A stretch of 64,000 nt of DNA from a bacterium (lineage in GTDB: Bacteria; Chloroflexota; Dormibacteria; Aeolococcales; Bog-877), in assembly GCA_021816695.1 (NCBI GenBank), contig JAKAXE010000001.1:67344-131343 (forward strand), written 5' to 3'. A program made the position numbers and the translations under genes. The notes below the pieces were generated by a model. That model was given only the letters and a program-made list of their open reading frames with translations. It ran no database searches and was not told where the DNA came from. Shown here in pieces: positions 9,281 through 17,131 of this stretch; position 1 is the stretch's first letter; each line of letters begins with the position of its first letter.

Positions 9281-9961
9281 TCAGGACGGGGACGGCGGCG
9301 GTGCAGGCCCGTAGACGAACCCGAGGAGGGTCTCAGTCGGACTCCCCGTGGCCCCCGCTGCGACCCCTCTGAGGTCCACATAGGGCGGGGCGGGGCCGGG
9401 AAGCGCCCAGTTGGACTCCGCCACCGTGTACGACCCGTCCGCGCTCACCCCGACCACGAAGGCCACGTGCCCAGGGCCCCGATCTCCGAACACCGCGATC
9501 GCCCCCAGCGCCGGGGAGACGCCGACCGCGTAGCCCGCCGCCGATGCCAGCTCCAGCCACTGTCCCCCATTGCCCCCCAGGAGGCCCTGGGGCGTGTGCC
9601 AGGTGACCAGCCGGCGCGTGGCCACGTACCAGGTGCACTGACCGGTGGAGAACCCCTGGTAGTTGGCGGGGAACGGATCGGGGTGTCCGGTGCAGGCCGA
9701 CGGTTGGACCGCCAGCGCCCCGGGCTCGGGTCCGCACGGAGCCGCCCAGTTTGGAAAGGAGGGCGAACTCGCCAGCACCACCTCTCCCGGCCGCAGGACC
9801 AGCCCCCCAGGATCTGGGAGCAAGCCACCCAGAGCCGGCCACCCGGCAGCCGCCGCGCCAGCGCCCAGCAATCCCACCAGGCTGGCCCCCAGGACCGCTG
9901 GGACCAGGCAGCCCAGGGCCAGAAGGGCACCCATTCCGGACAGCCAGCGCCGGGGACTCAT
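9281..9961 (-). CDS. CHAP-domain cell-wall hydrolase, last gene of the T4SS-like operon (VirB1-like role)
   Basis: C-terminal CHAP features GQCTWYVA...GHVAFVV...LGFVYGP are paralogous to the CHAP protein at 4081-5049. Signal/TM is MGALLALGCLVPAVLGASLVGLLG. ATG at 9961-9959 overlaps the VirB4 stop (ATGA, verified as plus-strand tcat at 9958-9961). Confidence 0.75.
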   Translation of the reverse strand: MSPRRWLSGMGALLALGCLVPAVLGASLVGLLGAGAAAAGWPALGGLLPDPGGLVLRPGEVVLASSPSFPNWAAPCGPEPGALAVQPSACTGHPDPFPANYQGFSTGQCTWYVATRRLVTWHTPQGLLGGNGGQWLELASAAGYAVGVSPALGAIAVFGDRGPGHVAFVVGVSADGSYTVAESNWALPGPAPPYVDLRGVAAGATGSPTETLLGFVYGPAPPPSPS

Positions 9962-12159
9962 GGGGAGTCCGCGGCCAGTTGACCGGTGCTCAGGGCCGGC
10001 CACCACTCTCGAGGAGCGCCCCCTCGGAAGCTGGCGTGCTCATCTCCGGCCAGCACCAGCCCGCAGCCCGGCTCCGCATCTCGGAGGAGCTCGCACTCCG
10101 CGTCGGAGAGCGAGAACGCGCGCCGCACCCCGGGAAGAGCCACCGGCTCCTGGCGGAGGAGCAGCTTGGTATGGCAGTTGCGGATGACCACGTTGCCCAC
10201 GGGCGAGTTGAGGAAGTCCTCGACCACCTGCGAAACCACTAGCAGCCCGGCTCCCAGCTTGCGGATGCGCCGAGCCATGCTCTCCAGGAACCGGGCTCCA
10301 GAGGGAGAGGAGAGCAGGACCTCGGCCTCATCCACGACCACCAGGGTGGGATGCGTGTGCGGGAGCTCGAGGTCCGCCTCCAGATGCCAGAGCACCAGCT
10401 CCATGGCAGTCCCCAGGAGCTCCTCCCGGGCGTGGAGGTGGCGCAGGGAGACCACCAATGCGTCGTCGACGTCGAGTCCGCCGGCGCCGTTGAAGACGCC
10501 TGACCCGGGGCCGGCTGCCTGTCGTTGCAGCCCGGCTGCGAGCTCCCCCTGGCCCGCCTCCTCCAGCTGCTCCAGGACCTCGGAGAGGCCGGCTCTCATG
10601 GGCTGGAGCCGAAGGGCGGTCAGAGCGGCGAGCCTCAGGGCCTCCAGGGAGCTCCTCGAGGTGGCCGACCGGCTCGACGCCAGCAGCCGGCCCAGCAGAG
10701 GAAGTGCCCGGTCGACCCGCCGCTCAGGCTCCTGACCAGGTGGCCCGAGTACATTCAGCCCGCGCTCGTCGGTCGCGCCCAGTTCCAGGCACCGGGCTCC
10801 GAGCAGCGCCCCCAGCTTCAGGTACTCCCCGGCGGGGTCCAGGCACCGTAGACGGCAACCTTGTAGGAAGAGGCGGGCCGCGAGCAGTTTGGAGGTGAAG
10901 GACTTGCCCCCACCGGAGGTCCCCAGGACCAGGATGTTGCGGTTGGGATTGGACTCGGCCAGGGGATCGACGGTCACCAGCTCCCTTGTGCTGGGGCTGG
11001 GTCCGAGGAGCACCCCGTTCCGCGCGTCCAACGTGGCCCGCAGGAAGGGGATCGCCGTGGCGGTGGCTGCGGTCGTCATGTCCCGGGACCAGCCGAGGGG
11101 GTCCACACCCAGCGGCAGCGTGGATCGCCATCCGTCCGCCTGGCGGTTGAACAGCGGAATTGGGGTGCACCCGAGCTCGATGAGGGTGTTCACCACCTGC
11201 TCCCAGCCCAGCTCCATCTCTGCCTGGCTGGATCCCTCCACCGTGATGCAGGTCACCAGCCGCATGAGCCGGTCCTCCTCCAGTAGGACCCGCTCCTCGA
11301 GGGCCAGCGCGTCCTCGAGTGCGGCCCGCGTGCCGGCATCCGGGCGGCGACCCTGGCGCCGGTCCACCTCGAGCCCGGTCTCGAAGGTGCGAATCCGTCG
11401 GCGCAGGTGGCTCAGACTGTGCACCTTGGGCACCGGGTACAGGTGCTGGGCCATCCGGATGGGAGCTGGGGTGGCCAGGACCAGGGGGGCCAGCCACCCC
11501 AGCTGCAGACGGCGGGGGAAGCCGCGCACGACCAGGCTGCGGACCACCCGGTCCGAGAGCTCCAAGCGGTCCGGCCTCACTGTGGCCGTGTCTGGCGCCA
11601 GCCAGCTGGCGAAGCTGGCGGTGGGGCGGCCGCTCCGCCCCCCGGTCAGCTCCTGGAGGATGGACAGCCAATCCCCGTCCTCAAGGGGACGGGGGCGCAG
11701 CCCCGGACCGCTCAAGGCTGCCGCGACCGCTCTCCGGCGCTGGTCCAGCTCGTACGTGCCGCGAGGGCGCACTTGCCCCGGCAGCGCCCCCCGCAGGCTC
11801 GCCGGGGAGTCGTCCCAGATCACTGCCAGGTGTCGGCGAAGGTGCACCTGGCCACTGGCCATGAGCCCCGCCGAGTAGTCGGCGTCGGCGCGCCCGATCG
11901 TGGTCTGCGCCGGTTGAGCTGAGGCGGCCAGGGGCCGGGAGATGGTGTAGAGGGAGACGGGCCCGGAGAGGGTTGAGAGTGCTCGCCAGTAGCGCCTCCA
12001 GACCAACTGCCGCTCGGCGCCGGAGCGCAGCAGGAGGTTCAGGGCGGCCAGTTCCAGCCCGACCCGGCGGCGCCCGTCCCGGAGGCTGGCCACGCCGCCC
12101 TCCAGGTAGGCGACGTCGATGAGGTCCAGGGTGGATCCGACCCGCGAGGGCAGCCTCAT
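9958..12159 (-). CDS. VirB4/TrbE/TcpF-like type IV secretion ATPase
   Basis: Walker A (NILVLGTSGGGKSFTSKLL) and Walker B-like (HPTLVVVDEAEVLL) motifs, ~730 aa. Start ATG at 12159-12157 forms an ATGA with the stop of the upstream small gene. The first ~150 aa of the 883-aa track ORF are rejected as Arg/Pro-rich read-through overprinting that small gene. Confidence 0.85.
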   Translation of the reverse strand: MRLPSRVGSTLDLIDVAYLEGGVASLRDGRRRVGLELAALNLLLRSGAERQLVWRRYWRALSTLSGPVSLYTISRPLAASAQPAQTTIGRADADYSAGLMASGQVHLRRHLAVIWDDSPASLRGALPGQVRPRGTYELDQRRRAVAAALSGPGLRPRPLEDGDWLSILQELTGGRSGRPTASFASWLAPDTATVRPDRLELSDRVVRSLVVRGFPRRLQLGWLAPLVLATPAPIRMAQHLYPVPKVHSLSHLRRRIRTFETGLEVDRRQGRRPDAGTRAALEDALALEERVLLEEDRLMRLVTCITVEGSSQAEMELGWEQVVNTLIELGCTPIPLFNRQADGWRSTLPLGVDPLGWSRDMTTAATATAIPFLRATLDARNGVLLGPSPSTRELVTVDPLAESNPNRNILVLGTSGGGKSFTSKLLAARLFLQGCRLRCLDPAGEYLKLGALLGARCLELGATDERGLNVLGPPGQEPERRVDRALPLLGRLLASSRSATSRSSLEALRLAALTALRLQPMRAGLSEVLEQLEEAGQGELAAGLQRQAAGPGSGVFNGAGGLDVDDALVVSLRHLHAREELLGTAMELVLWHLEADLELPHTHPTLVVVDEAEVLLSSPSGARFLESMARRIRKLGAGLLVVSQVVEDFLNSPVGNVVIRNCHTKLLLRQEPVALPGVRRAFSLSDAECELLRDAEPGCGLVLAGDEHASFRGGAPREWWPALSTGQLAADSP

Positions 12160-12554
12160 TGGCAGGAGGTGGCTCCCGAGGGCATGGTCCAGGAGATGGG
12201 CGAGGTCTCCGCACCGTCGACGTCGCGGAACTCCGCACGCGAACTCACCAGGTCCGGATGGCTCAGCCGCCTGCGCTGGGCCCGGAACCGCGCCGCGTCC
12301 AGGAGGTAGGCATCGAGCCGGCGGCCTCGGCGGCTGCCGAAGCCCAGAACGACGCAGCCGGCCGCCCACGGCACGGCCCCGGTCAGGGTGGCGTCCAGGC
12401 CGCAATGGGCGTGGATCAGGATCATCGGCAGGACGGCCGCTCCGCTGAGCCAGCCCAGCTGTGGGGTGGTCAGCCCGCCCCAGCGGCTGGGCACGTCGGA
12501 GATGGGTTGCGGTACTTCGGCCTCCATCATGTTCGCCTGGTTTGGTCCCGCCAA
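12156..12554 (-). CDS. VirB3/PrgI/TcpE-like small membrane protein (candidate)
   Basis: 132 aa with two adjacent TM helices (LGWLSGAAVLPMILIHAHCGL, TGAVPWAAGCVVLGF). Sits immediately upstream of, and ATGA-coupled to, the VirB4-like gene, which is the canonical VirB3 position in T4SS operons. Confidence 0.5.
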   Translation of the reverse strand: MAGPNQANMMEAEVPQPISDVPSRWGGLTTPQLGWLSGAAVLPMILIHAHCGLDATLTGAVPWAAGCVVLGFGSRRGRRLDAYLLDAARFRAQRRRLSHPDLVSSRAEFRDVDGAETSPISWTMPSGATSCQ

Positions 12555-14650
12555 CGGCCGGGCTGGGGCTGAAGCCTGCCGCGGCGCAGGGAGTTGAGGT
12601 AGGCCACATCCAGGCTATGGACCGCCGGACCTCCCGCGGCGGCGTACCTGGTGCCGAGGTCGTGGAGGGCCTCTCCCAACTCCGGGCCTTCGGCCAGGGA
12701 CTTGATCGCCGCGAGGTCTCTGGGGGTGAGCCCGGTCAGCCGGACGAGCTCCCGCTGGCGTCCCCCATCCCACAGGAGCTGGCGGCCGAGAAACTGCTCT
12801 CTCGTCTCCCGTCCGTCGACCGCCGGCCACCCACCGCCGGCTCCTGGGACCGCACTCTCGAGCCTGGTGGCGAGGTCCTCCTCTGGCCTCCCGGGCAGTC
12901 CCAGGGCGTGGGCGGCCCGCCCACCCCAGCGGGAGCCATAGCGCCGAGCCTGGGGGATGGCGGTGGTGGCCGCCAGAAGTGAGCCGCCGAGCACCGTACC
13001 CACAGACAGCTCAGCCAGGGCTCTTACCCGGCGGGTGGTGGACATCTCGCCCCGGCTGATTCGTCCCGGCACCTCGACCATGAGGAAGACCGTCACGGCG
13101 GCCAGCAGACACTTGGCGAACTGGTCCCCGGGGTTCCCGCTCCCCACCTCGGCCAGCAGGCCGCCCTGGGCCGCGGCGCAGCTCGAGTGCGTGGTGGGGG
13201 AGATGAAGGGGCAGGACCCGTGGGCAGCCACCGGGGCCAAGCCGGACACGGTGGAGACCACCGCCACGAACGCCAGGAAGATGAGGGTCTGGACCACCAC
13301 CACGGCCGAGAGCGACGCGACCGTGGCCCAGTAGCGGTTGAAGAGGGTGCGGCCCCCCGGCAGCGCCAGCGCCACGAAGGCCAGGCTGGAGCAGGCGGCC
13401 AGGAGCGAGAGGACGATGAATCGGGCCAGGTAGGTCAGCGCCAGCCACAGGCCGAGCCCGGTGAGGGCGGTGAAGGCCACCATCCCCATCAGCCCATCGG
13501 GGACGTCGTAGCCGTTGCGCCCGTGGGGCCCGACCCCGGCCCAGACGTCGGTGAAGGTGGGCGTCGTCCCCCAGTAGATGTCCGCATAGCGGCAATCGGC
13601 AGGGCTCTGGCCGTCTCCCGCCCGAGGCTCACCCGGTAGGGGAAGGACCCCCAACTGGAGGGACCCGATGGTGGAGCTGCCGCTGCCCTCCAGGCAGTTC
13701 TGGCCCTGGTTGTTGTTGACCTGGTTGTCGGTGTTGGTGCAGAGGGGCTGGCCGGGGGATGCATCGCCGCGGTCGCAGTTGGCGTCATGGAGCGGGGGGC
13801 CGAAATAGTTCTCGCTGCGGTCCAGGACCTCCTTGGTGAAGTCGGGGCTGGACACCCCGATGCAGTGCGACTGCGTGAAGGACCGGTCCATCCAGGGGTC
13901 GACCAGGACCTGCTGGCGCGGGCTCGGGCCCGGGAGCGAGAGATGGATGCCCGGGTGGATGATGGGACTGTCCTCCGGGCAGTAAGCGGTGACTGCGAGG
14001 ACGGTCATCATGTCCAGCGGGGCGGTCCCCGAGCCGCCCAGCCGGTGGAAGGTGGCCTCCAGAATGCCCTGGGACACCCAGCTCCCCATGTCGATGACGC
14101 GTCCCGCCAGGTGCAGTGGGAGCCCGGCCCCCAGGACTGCAGCGGCGATCAGGCAGGGCACGATGCCGGCTCTGAGATTCAGCTGCTGCCCGGCCATGAA
14201 GAGCGACACCTGGAGAGCGAAGGCGACCACGATCAGCGCCAGGGACAGCGGCTCAAGGACCGCGTTCATCTCCTGGACCCAGGGGATGCACCCGGCAGGA
14301 CCGCACTGGTGCGCCGGCTCACCCAGGCTCCCGTCGTAGTTGTCCACCACCGGGTTGGTGCCCACCAGGGTGGTGATCAGGTGCCAGGGGCCCGAGGTCA
14401 CCGCCCCGGTCAGGGGGTCGATGTGGGCCGGGTCAGGACTCCCGTCGAGGCTGCCCATGATGGCCACCGGCCCGGAGACGAACGCATCGATCACGTAGCA
14501 GAAGGGATCCGTGATCCCCCCGCACTGCTGGCTGTCGCTCCCGGCGGAGGCTGCCGCCGCGGGGGGAGTCGGGGTGGGCTGGGCGAGGGTTGCCGGAGCG
14601 CTCCCGGCGGAGAGCAGGTGCCCGGCCAGGACGACCACGGCAGCGGACGG
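12527..14650 (-). CDS. VirB6/TrbL/TcpH-like polytopic T4SS membrane protein with Cys-rich extracytoplasmic regions (candidate)
   Basis: Signal-like start (AAVVVLAGHLLSAGSAPATLA) and at least 6 TM helices. Cys pairs sit in predicted external loops (QQCGGITDPFCYV, HQCGPAGCIPW, NCDRGD...PLCTNT). The track ORF runs to 15103, but that N-terminus overprints the pilin-like gene and is rejected. Exact start near 14650 is unresolved (GTG at 14638?). Confidence 0.5.
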   Translation of the reverse strand, partial: PSAAVVVLAGHLLSAGSAPATLAQPTPTPPAAAASAGSDSQQCGGITDPFCYVIDAFVSGPVAIMGSLDGSPDPAHIDPLTGAVTSGPWHLITTLVGTNPVVDNYDGSLGEPAHQCGPAGCIPWVQEMNAVLEPLSLALIVVAFALQVSLFMAGQQLNLRAGIVPCLIAAAVLGAGLPLHLAGRVIDMGSWVSQGILEATFHRLGGSGTAPLDMMTVLAVTAYCPEDSPIIHPGIHLSLPGPSPRQQVLVDPWMDRSFTQSHCIGVSSPDFTKEVLDRSENYFGPPLHDANCDRGDASPGQPLCTNTDNQVNNNQGQNCLEGSGSSTIGSLQLGVLPLPGEPRAGDGQSPADCRYADIYWGTTPTFTDVWAGVGPHGRNGYDVPDGLMGMVAFTALTGLGLWLALTYLARFIVLSLLAACSSLAFVALALPGGRTLFNRYWATVASLSAVVVVQTLIFLAFVAVVSTVSGLAPVAAHGSCPFISPTTHSSCAAAQGGLLAEVGSGNPGDQFAKCLLAAVTVFLMVEVPGRISRGEMSTTRRVRALAELSVGTVLGGSLLAATTAIPQARRYGSRWGGRAAHALGLPGRPEEDLATRLESAVPGAGGGWPAVDGRETREQFLGRQLLWDGGRQRELVRLTGLTPRDLAAIKSLAEGPELGEALHDLGTRYAAAGGPAVHSLDVAYLNSLRRGRLQPQPGRWRDQTRRT

Positions 14651-14655
14651 CCGCC

Positions 14656-14943
14656 TCAGGGGCCGCTCGCGGAACAGGTGGCGGTGGCACAGGCGGTGTT
14701 GCTGCCGGTCAGCCCCTCGACGAAGGTCAGGATGGCTCCTTCGTTCACCAGCAGGAGCACGCCCAGGAGGACGGTCACCAGGCCCTGGATGGCGGCCGCC
14801 CGGCGCTGGCTGTTGTCTAGCGAGGTCATGTAGCGGATAGCCGCGAAGCTGAGGCACAGGACCGCTACCGCCCCCAGGGCCAGGGTGGTGACCGTGTGGA
14901 TGAGGTTGTTGAGCCCGGTCGCGAAGGTCGCCAGCTCCGTCAA
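14656..14943 (-). CDS. VirB2/TrbC-like pilin candidate (95 aa, two-TM hairpin)
   Basis: TTG start at 14943-14941. Two hydrophobic helices (HTVTTLALGAVAVLCLSFAAI, IQGLVTVLLGVLLLV) and a short Cys-containing tail. Sits between VirD4 and VirB6-like genes, with its stop at 14658-14656 directly abutting the VirB6-like start. Confidence 0.45.
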   Translation of the reverse strand: MTELATFATGLNNLIHTVTTLALGAVAVLCLSFAAIRYMTSLDNSQRRAAAIQGLVTVLLGVLLLVNEGAILTFVEGLTGSNTACATATCSASGP

Positions 14944-16493
14944 CGAAGCTCACCCCGGGGCTGAGCCCAGGCGATCGGACGCGGCCCATCTGCGATGGCG
15001 ATGGGCCGCCCCTTGGCCGGTCGGGGCATGCGCTCAAGGTCCGCCCCTGCGCCGGCCGCCGCTCGCATCCTGCGGTCGCCATACCAGGGAAGCTGGCGAA
15101 CAAGTGCCGGGTGGTCGCTGCCCCGAAGGATCAGGGCTCGCCCGCGCCGGAGGCGCCTGATCTCATCCGGCGGCAGATGCGGGTGGGCCTGTACGGGGTG
15201 GCCGCCCCCCGCGGAGTGCAGGGTGGCCGAGCCAACCAGACGGCTGGCCCGTTCCAGCAGGTCTACCTCCGAGATGCCGGGCAGGAGGAGCTTCGTCCGG
15301 CAGTTGGCCCAGAGTGCGGTCACGGCGTCGGCCCCGTAGAGGGTCGAGATGGACGCGACGTCTTGGGCCAGCAGCACCAGTCGCACCCCCTGGGTGCGGC
15401 CCAGCTGCACCAACGACGGCAGCTCGGGCAGGGTCGTCAGCTGGGCGAACTCGTCCAGGACGAAGAGCACGGGGAGCGCCGGCGGGCTGGCATACACCGC
15501 CCGCCAGCAGGCGGAAAGCAAGGCGCTCAGCAGTCCCCGCACCAGGGGAGCGTCGGTGGGGCTGACCACGCAGTAGAGGCTGTTCAGCTGACCGCTCGCC
15601 AAAGAGCGCGGATCGAAGGTGCTCCGGGAGGTGGTCCGAGCCACCTGATCGCTGCCGAACACCCCCAATTTAGACACCAGGGTGGCGACCACCCCCATGG
15701 CCGTGCGGTCCCCGCCGCTCAGTGCGCCCTGGACCAGCTGCCGGGCCAGCGGATGGCTGAGCTCCTCGACCACCTCCTCCGCCGGGACTTGCTGCAGTAG
15801 GGCCAGGAGGTCACTCAGGGTCAGACCTGAAGCGGCGGCCTCCACCAGCAGCCCGTGCAGCAGCTGAAGCGCCAGGTCGTGCCAGAACGGTTCACGCTCC
15901 GGCGGGCGGCCGAGAAGGAAGCCGGCGCTGCGCAGCGCGTCGTCCGAGCTGGAGATGGCGCTGATGGGGTTCCAGCCATCCCCGGGCTCCATGAGGGGGG
16001 CGAAGACGGCGGCTCGGCCTCGCCGCTCCCGGGCCATCAGGGTCCGGGCCAGCAGCTCCCCCTTGGGGTCCGTGACCACCACCGGGCCGGGCCACTCGAG
16101 GATCGCGGGAATCGCCAGCGCGCTGGACTTCCCCGACCCGGTGGGGCCCAGCACCAACAGATGCTCGTCCTCCGGCAGTCGGACCGTCACCGGCCCGATC
16201 CGTCCCAAGCGGACGCGTGCCCCACCCCCATGCCAGAGCCGGCGGAGCTCAAGGAGGCGGGCGGTGCGTGCCCCCCCCAGCGTCCCGGGGCGAAGGGAGG
16301 AGCGTGGACGGCCGAGCCAGATGAGCGCCGCAGCGGCCAACACCACCCCGAGGGTGGCAGCCAGGCCGGTCAGCCGCGTCCCCGTTGGTGGGCCGCCCAT
16401 GACCCCCTCGCGCATCGCGCCGGCCACCACCGCCGCTCCCACCACCGCGGCCGGCAGCAGCAGCCAGAGCAACTCCTCCTGCCTCTTCTCCAC
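14940..16493 (-). CDS. VirD4/TraG/TraD-family type IV coupling protein (T4CP)
   Basis: Two N-terminal TM helices are followed by Walker A (HLLVLGPTGSGKSS), VTDPKGE and Walker B (VLFVLDEFAQL) motifs, 517 aa. Confidence 0.85.
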   Translation of the reverse strand: MEKRQEELLWLLLPAAVVGAAVVAGAMREGVMGGPPTGTRLTGLAATLGVVLAAAALIWLGRPRSSLRPGTLGGARTARLLELRRLWHGGGARVRLGRIGPVTVRLPEDEHLLVLGPTGSGKSSALAIPAILEWPGPVVVTDPKGELLARTLMARERRGRAAVFAPLMEPGDGWNPISAISSSDDALRSAGFLLGRPPEREPFWHDLALQLLHGLLVEAAASGLTLSDLLALLQQVPAEEVVEELSHPLARQLVQGALSGGDRTAMGVVATLVSKLGVFGSDQVARTTSRSTFDPRSLASGQLNSLYCVVSPTDAPLVRGLLSALLSACWRAVYASPPALPVLFVLDEFAQLTTLPELPSLVQLGRTQGVRLVLLAQDVASISTLYGADAVTALWANCRTKLLLPGISEVDLLERASRLVGSATLHSAGGGHPVQAHPHLPPDEIRRLRRGRALILRGSDHPALVRQLPWYGDRRMRAAAGAGADLERMPRPAKGRPIAIADGPRPIAWAQPRGELR

Positions 16494-16577
16494 CGCCCGG
16501 TGAGTCCGGTCAGCTCCCTCCGGGGGGCGCAGCTCGGGTCTGCGACGGTGCCGTCGCCAGGTGCGCCCGGGCCGTTA

Positions 16578-16645
16578 CAGGAATTTGCCGGACTGCTTCA
16601 GGAACTTGCACAAGCGGGCCCACTCCGGGACCTAGACTGCGCCAG
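16578..16645. promoter_or_regulatory. Divergent promoter region with two AGGAAyTTGC direct repeats and a TAGACT -10-like box 7 nt upstream of a leaderless-looking ATG
   Basis: CAGGAATTTGC at 16578-16588 and CAGGAACTTGC at 16599-16609 are 10/11 identical and spaced 21 bp. TAGACT lies at 16633-16638 and the receiver-gene ATG at 16646. The region is locally AT-richer than its surroundings. Confidence 0.3.
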
Positions 16646-17119
16646 ATGCCCCGTTCTCCCCTCGCCCCCACCCGTCACCAGGGGGCGAGGACCATTCTGG
16701 TCGCTGACCGAGACCTCCGGTCCCGCACCGCCACGTCCGCGATCTTGCGCCGTCTGGGATTCGAGGTGGCCGAGGCGGAGTCGCCCCGCTCGGCACTCGC
16801 CCAGGCCCGCTCCGGACCCTACTCCTGCGCCATCCTTGACCTGAACATCTCGGAGGCCGGCGCCTTCGATCTCTGCCGCCGGCTGCTCTCGGCTCCGGGC
16901 TGGAGCTGGACCCCGGTGATCTTCACCAGCTCGCGCCCCCCCGAGCCCGAGCAGAGGGACACGCTCCAGCAGGGCGGATTCACGTTCCTGCTCAAGCCGT
17001 TCCGCTCCGGGCAGCTCCTCTCAGCCGTGGGCGATGCCCTGGCCGCCACCACGCCGTTGCGTGAATCCCGGCCCGATCGGAGGCGGGCGCTCTCCACCGT
17101 CGAGGCCGCCACCGCCTGA
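16646..17119 (+). CDS. Single-domain CheY-like response-regulator receiver protein
   Basis: ILVADRD (acidic pocket), phospho-acceptor context AILDLN, conserved T/S and LLKPF lysine. There is no output domain. Confidence 0.75.
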   Translation: MPRSPLAPTRHQGARTILVADRDLRSRTATSAILRRLGFEVAEAESPRSALAQARSGPYSCAILDLNISEAGAFDLCRRLLSAPGWSWTPVIFTSSRPPEPEQRDTLQQGGFTFLLKPFRSGQLLSAVGDALAATTPLRESRPDRRRALSTVEAATA

Positions 17120-17131
17120 GCGGACCGGTGC

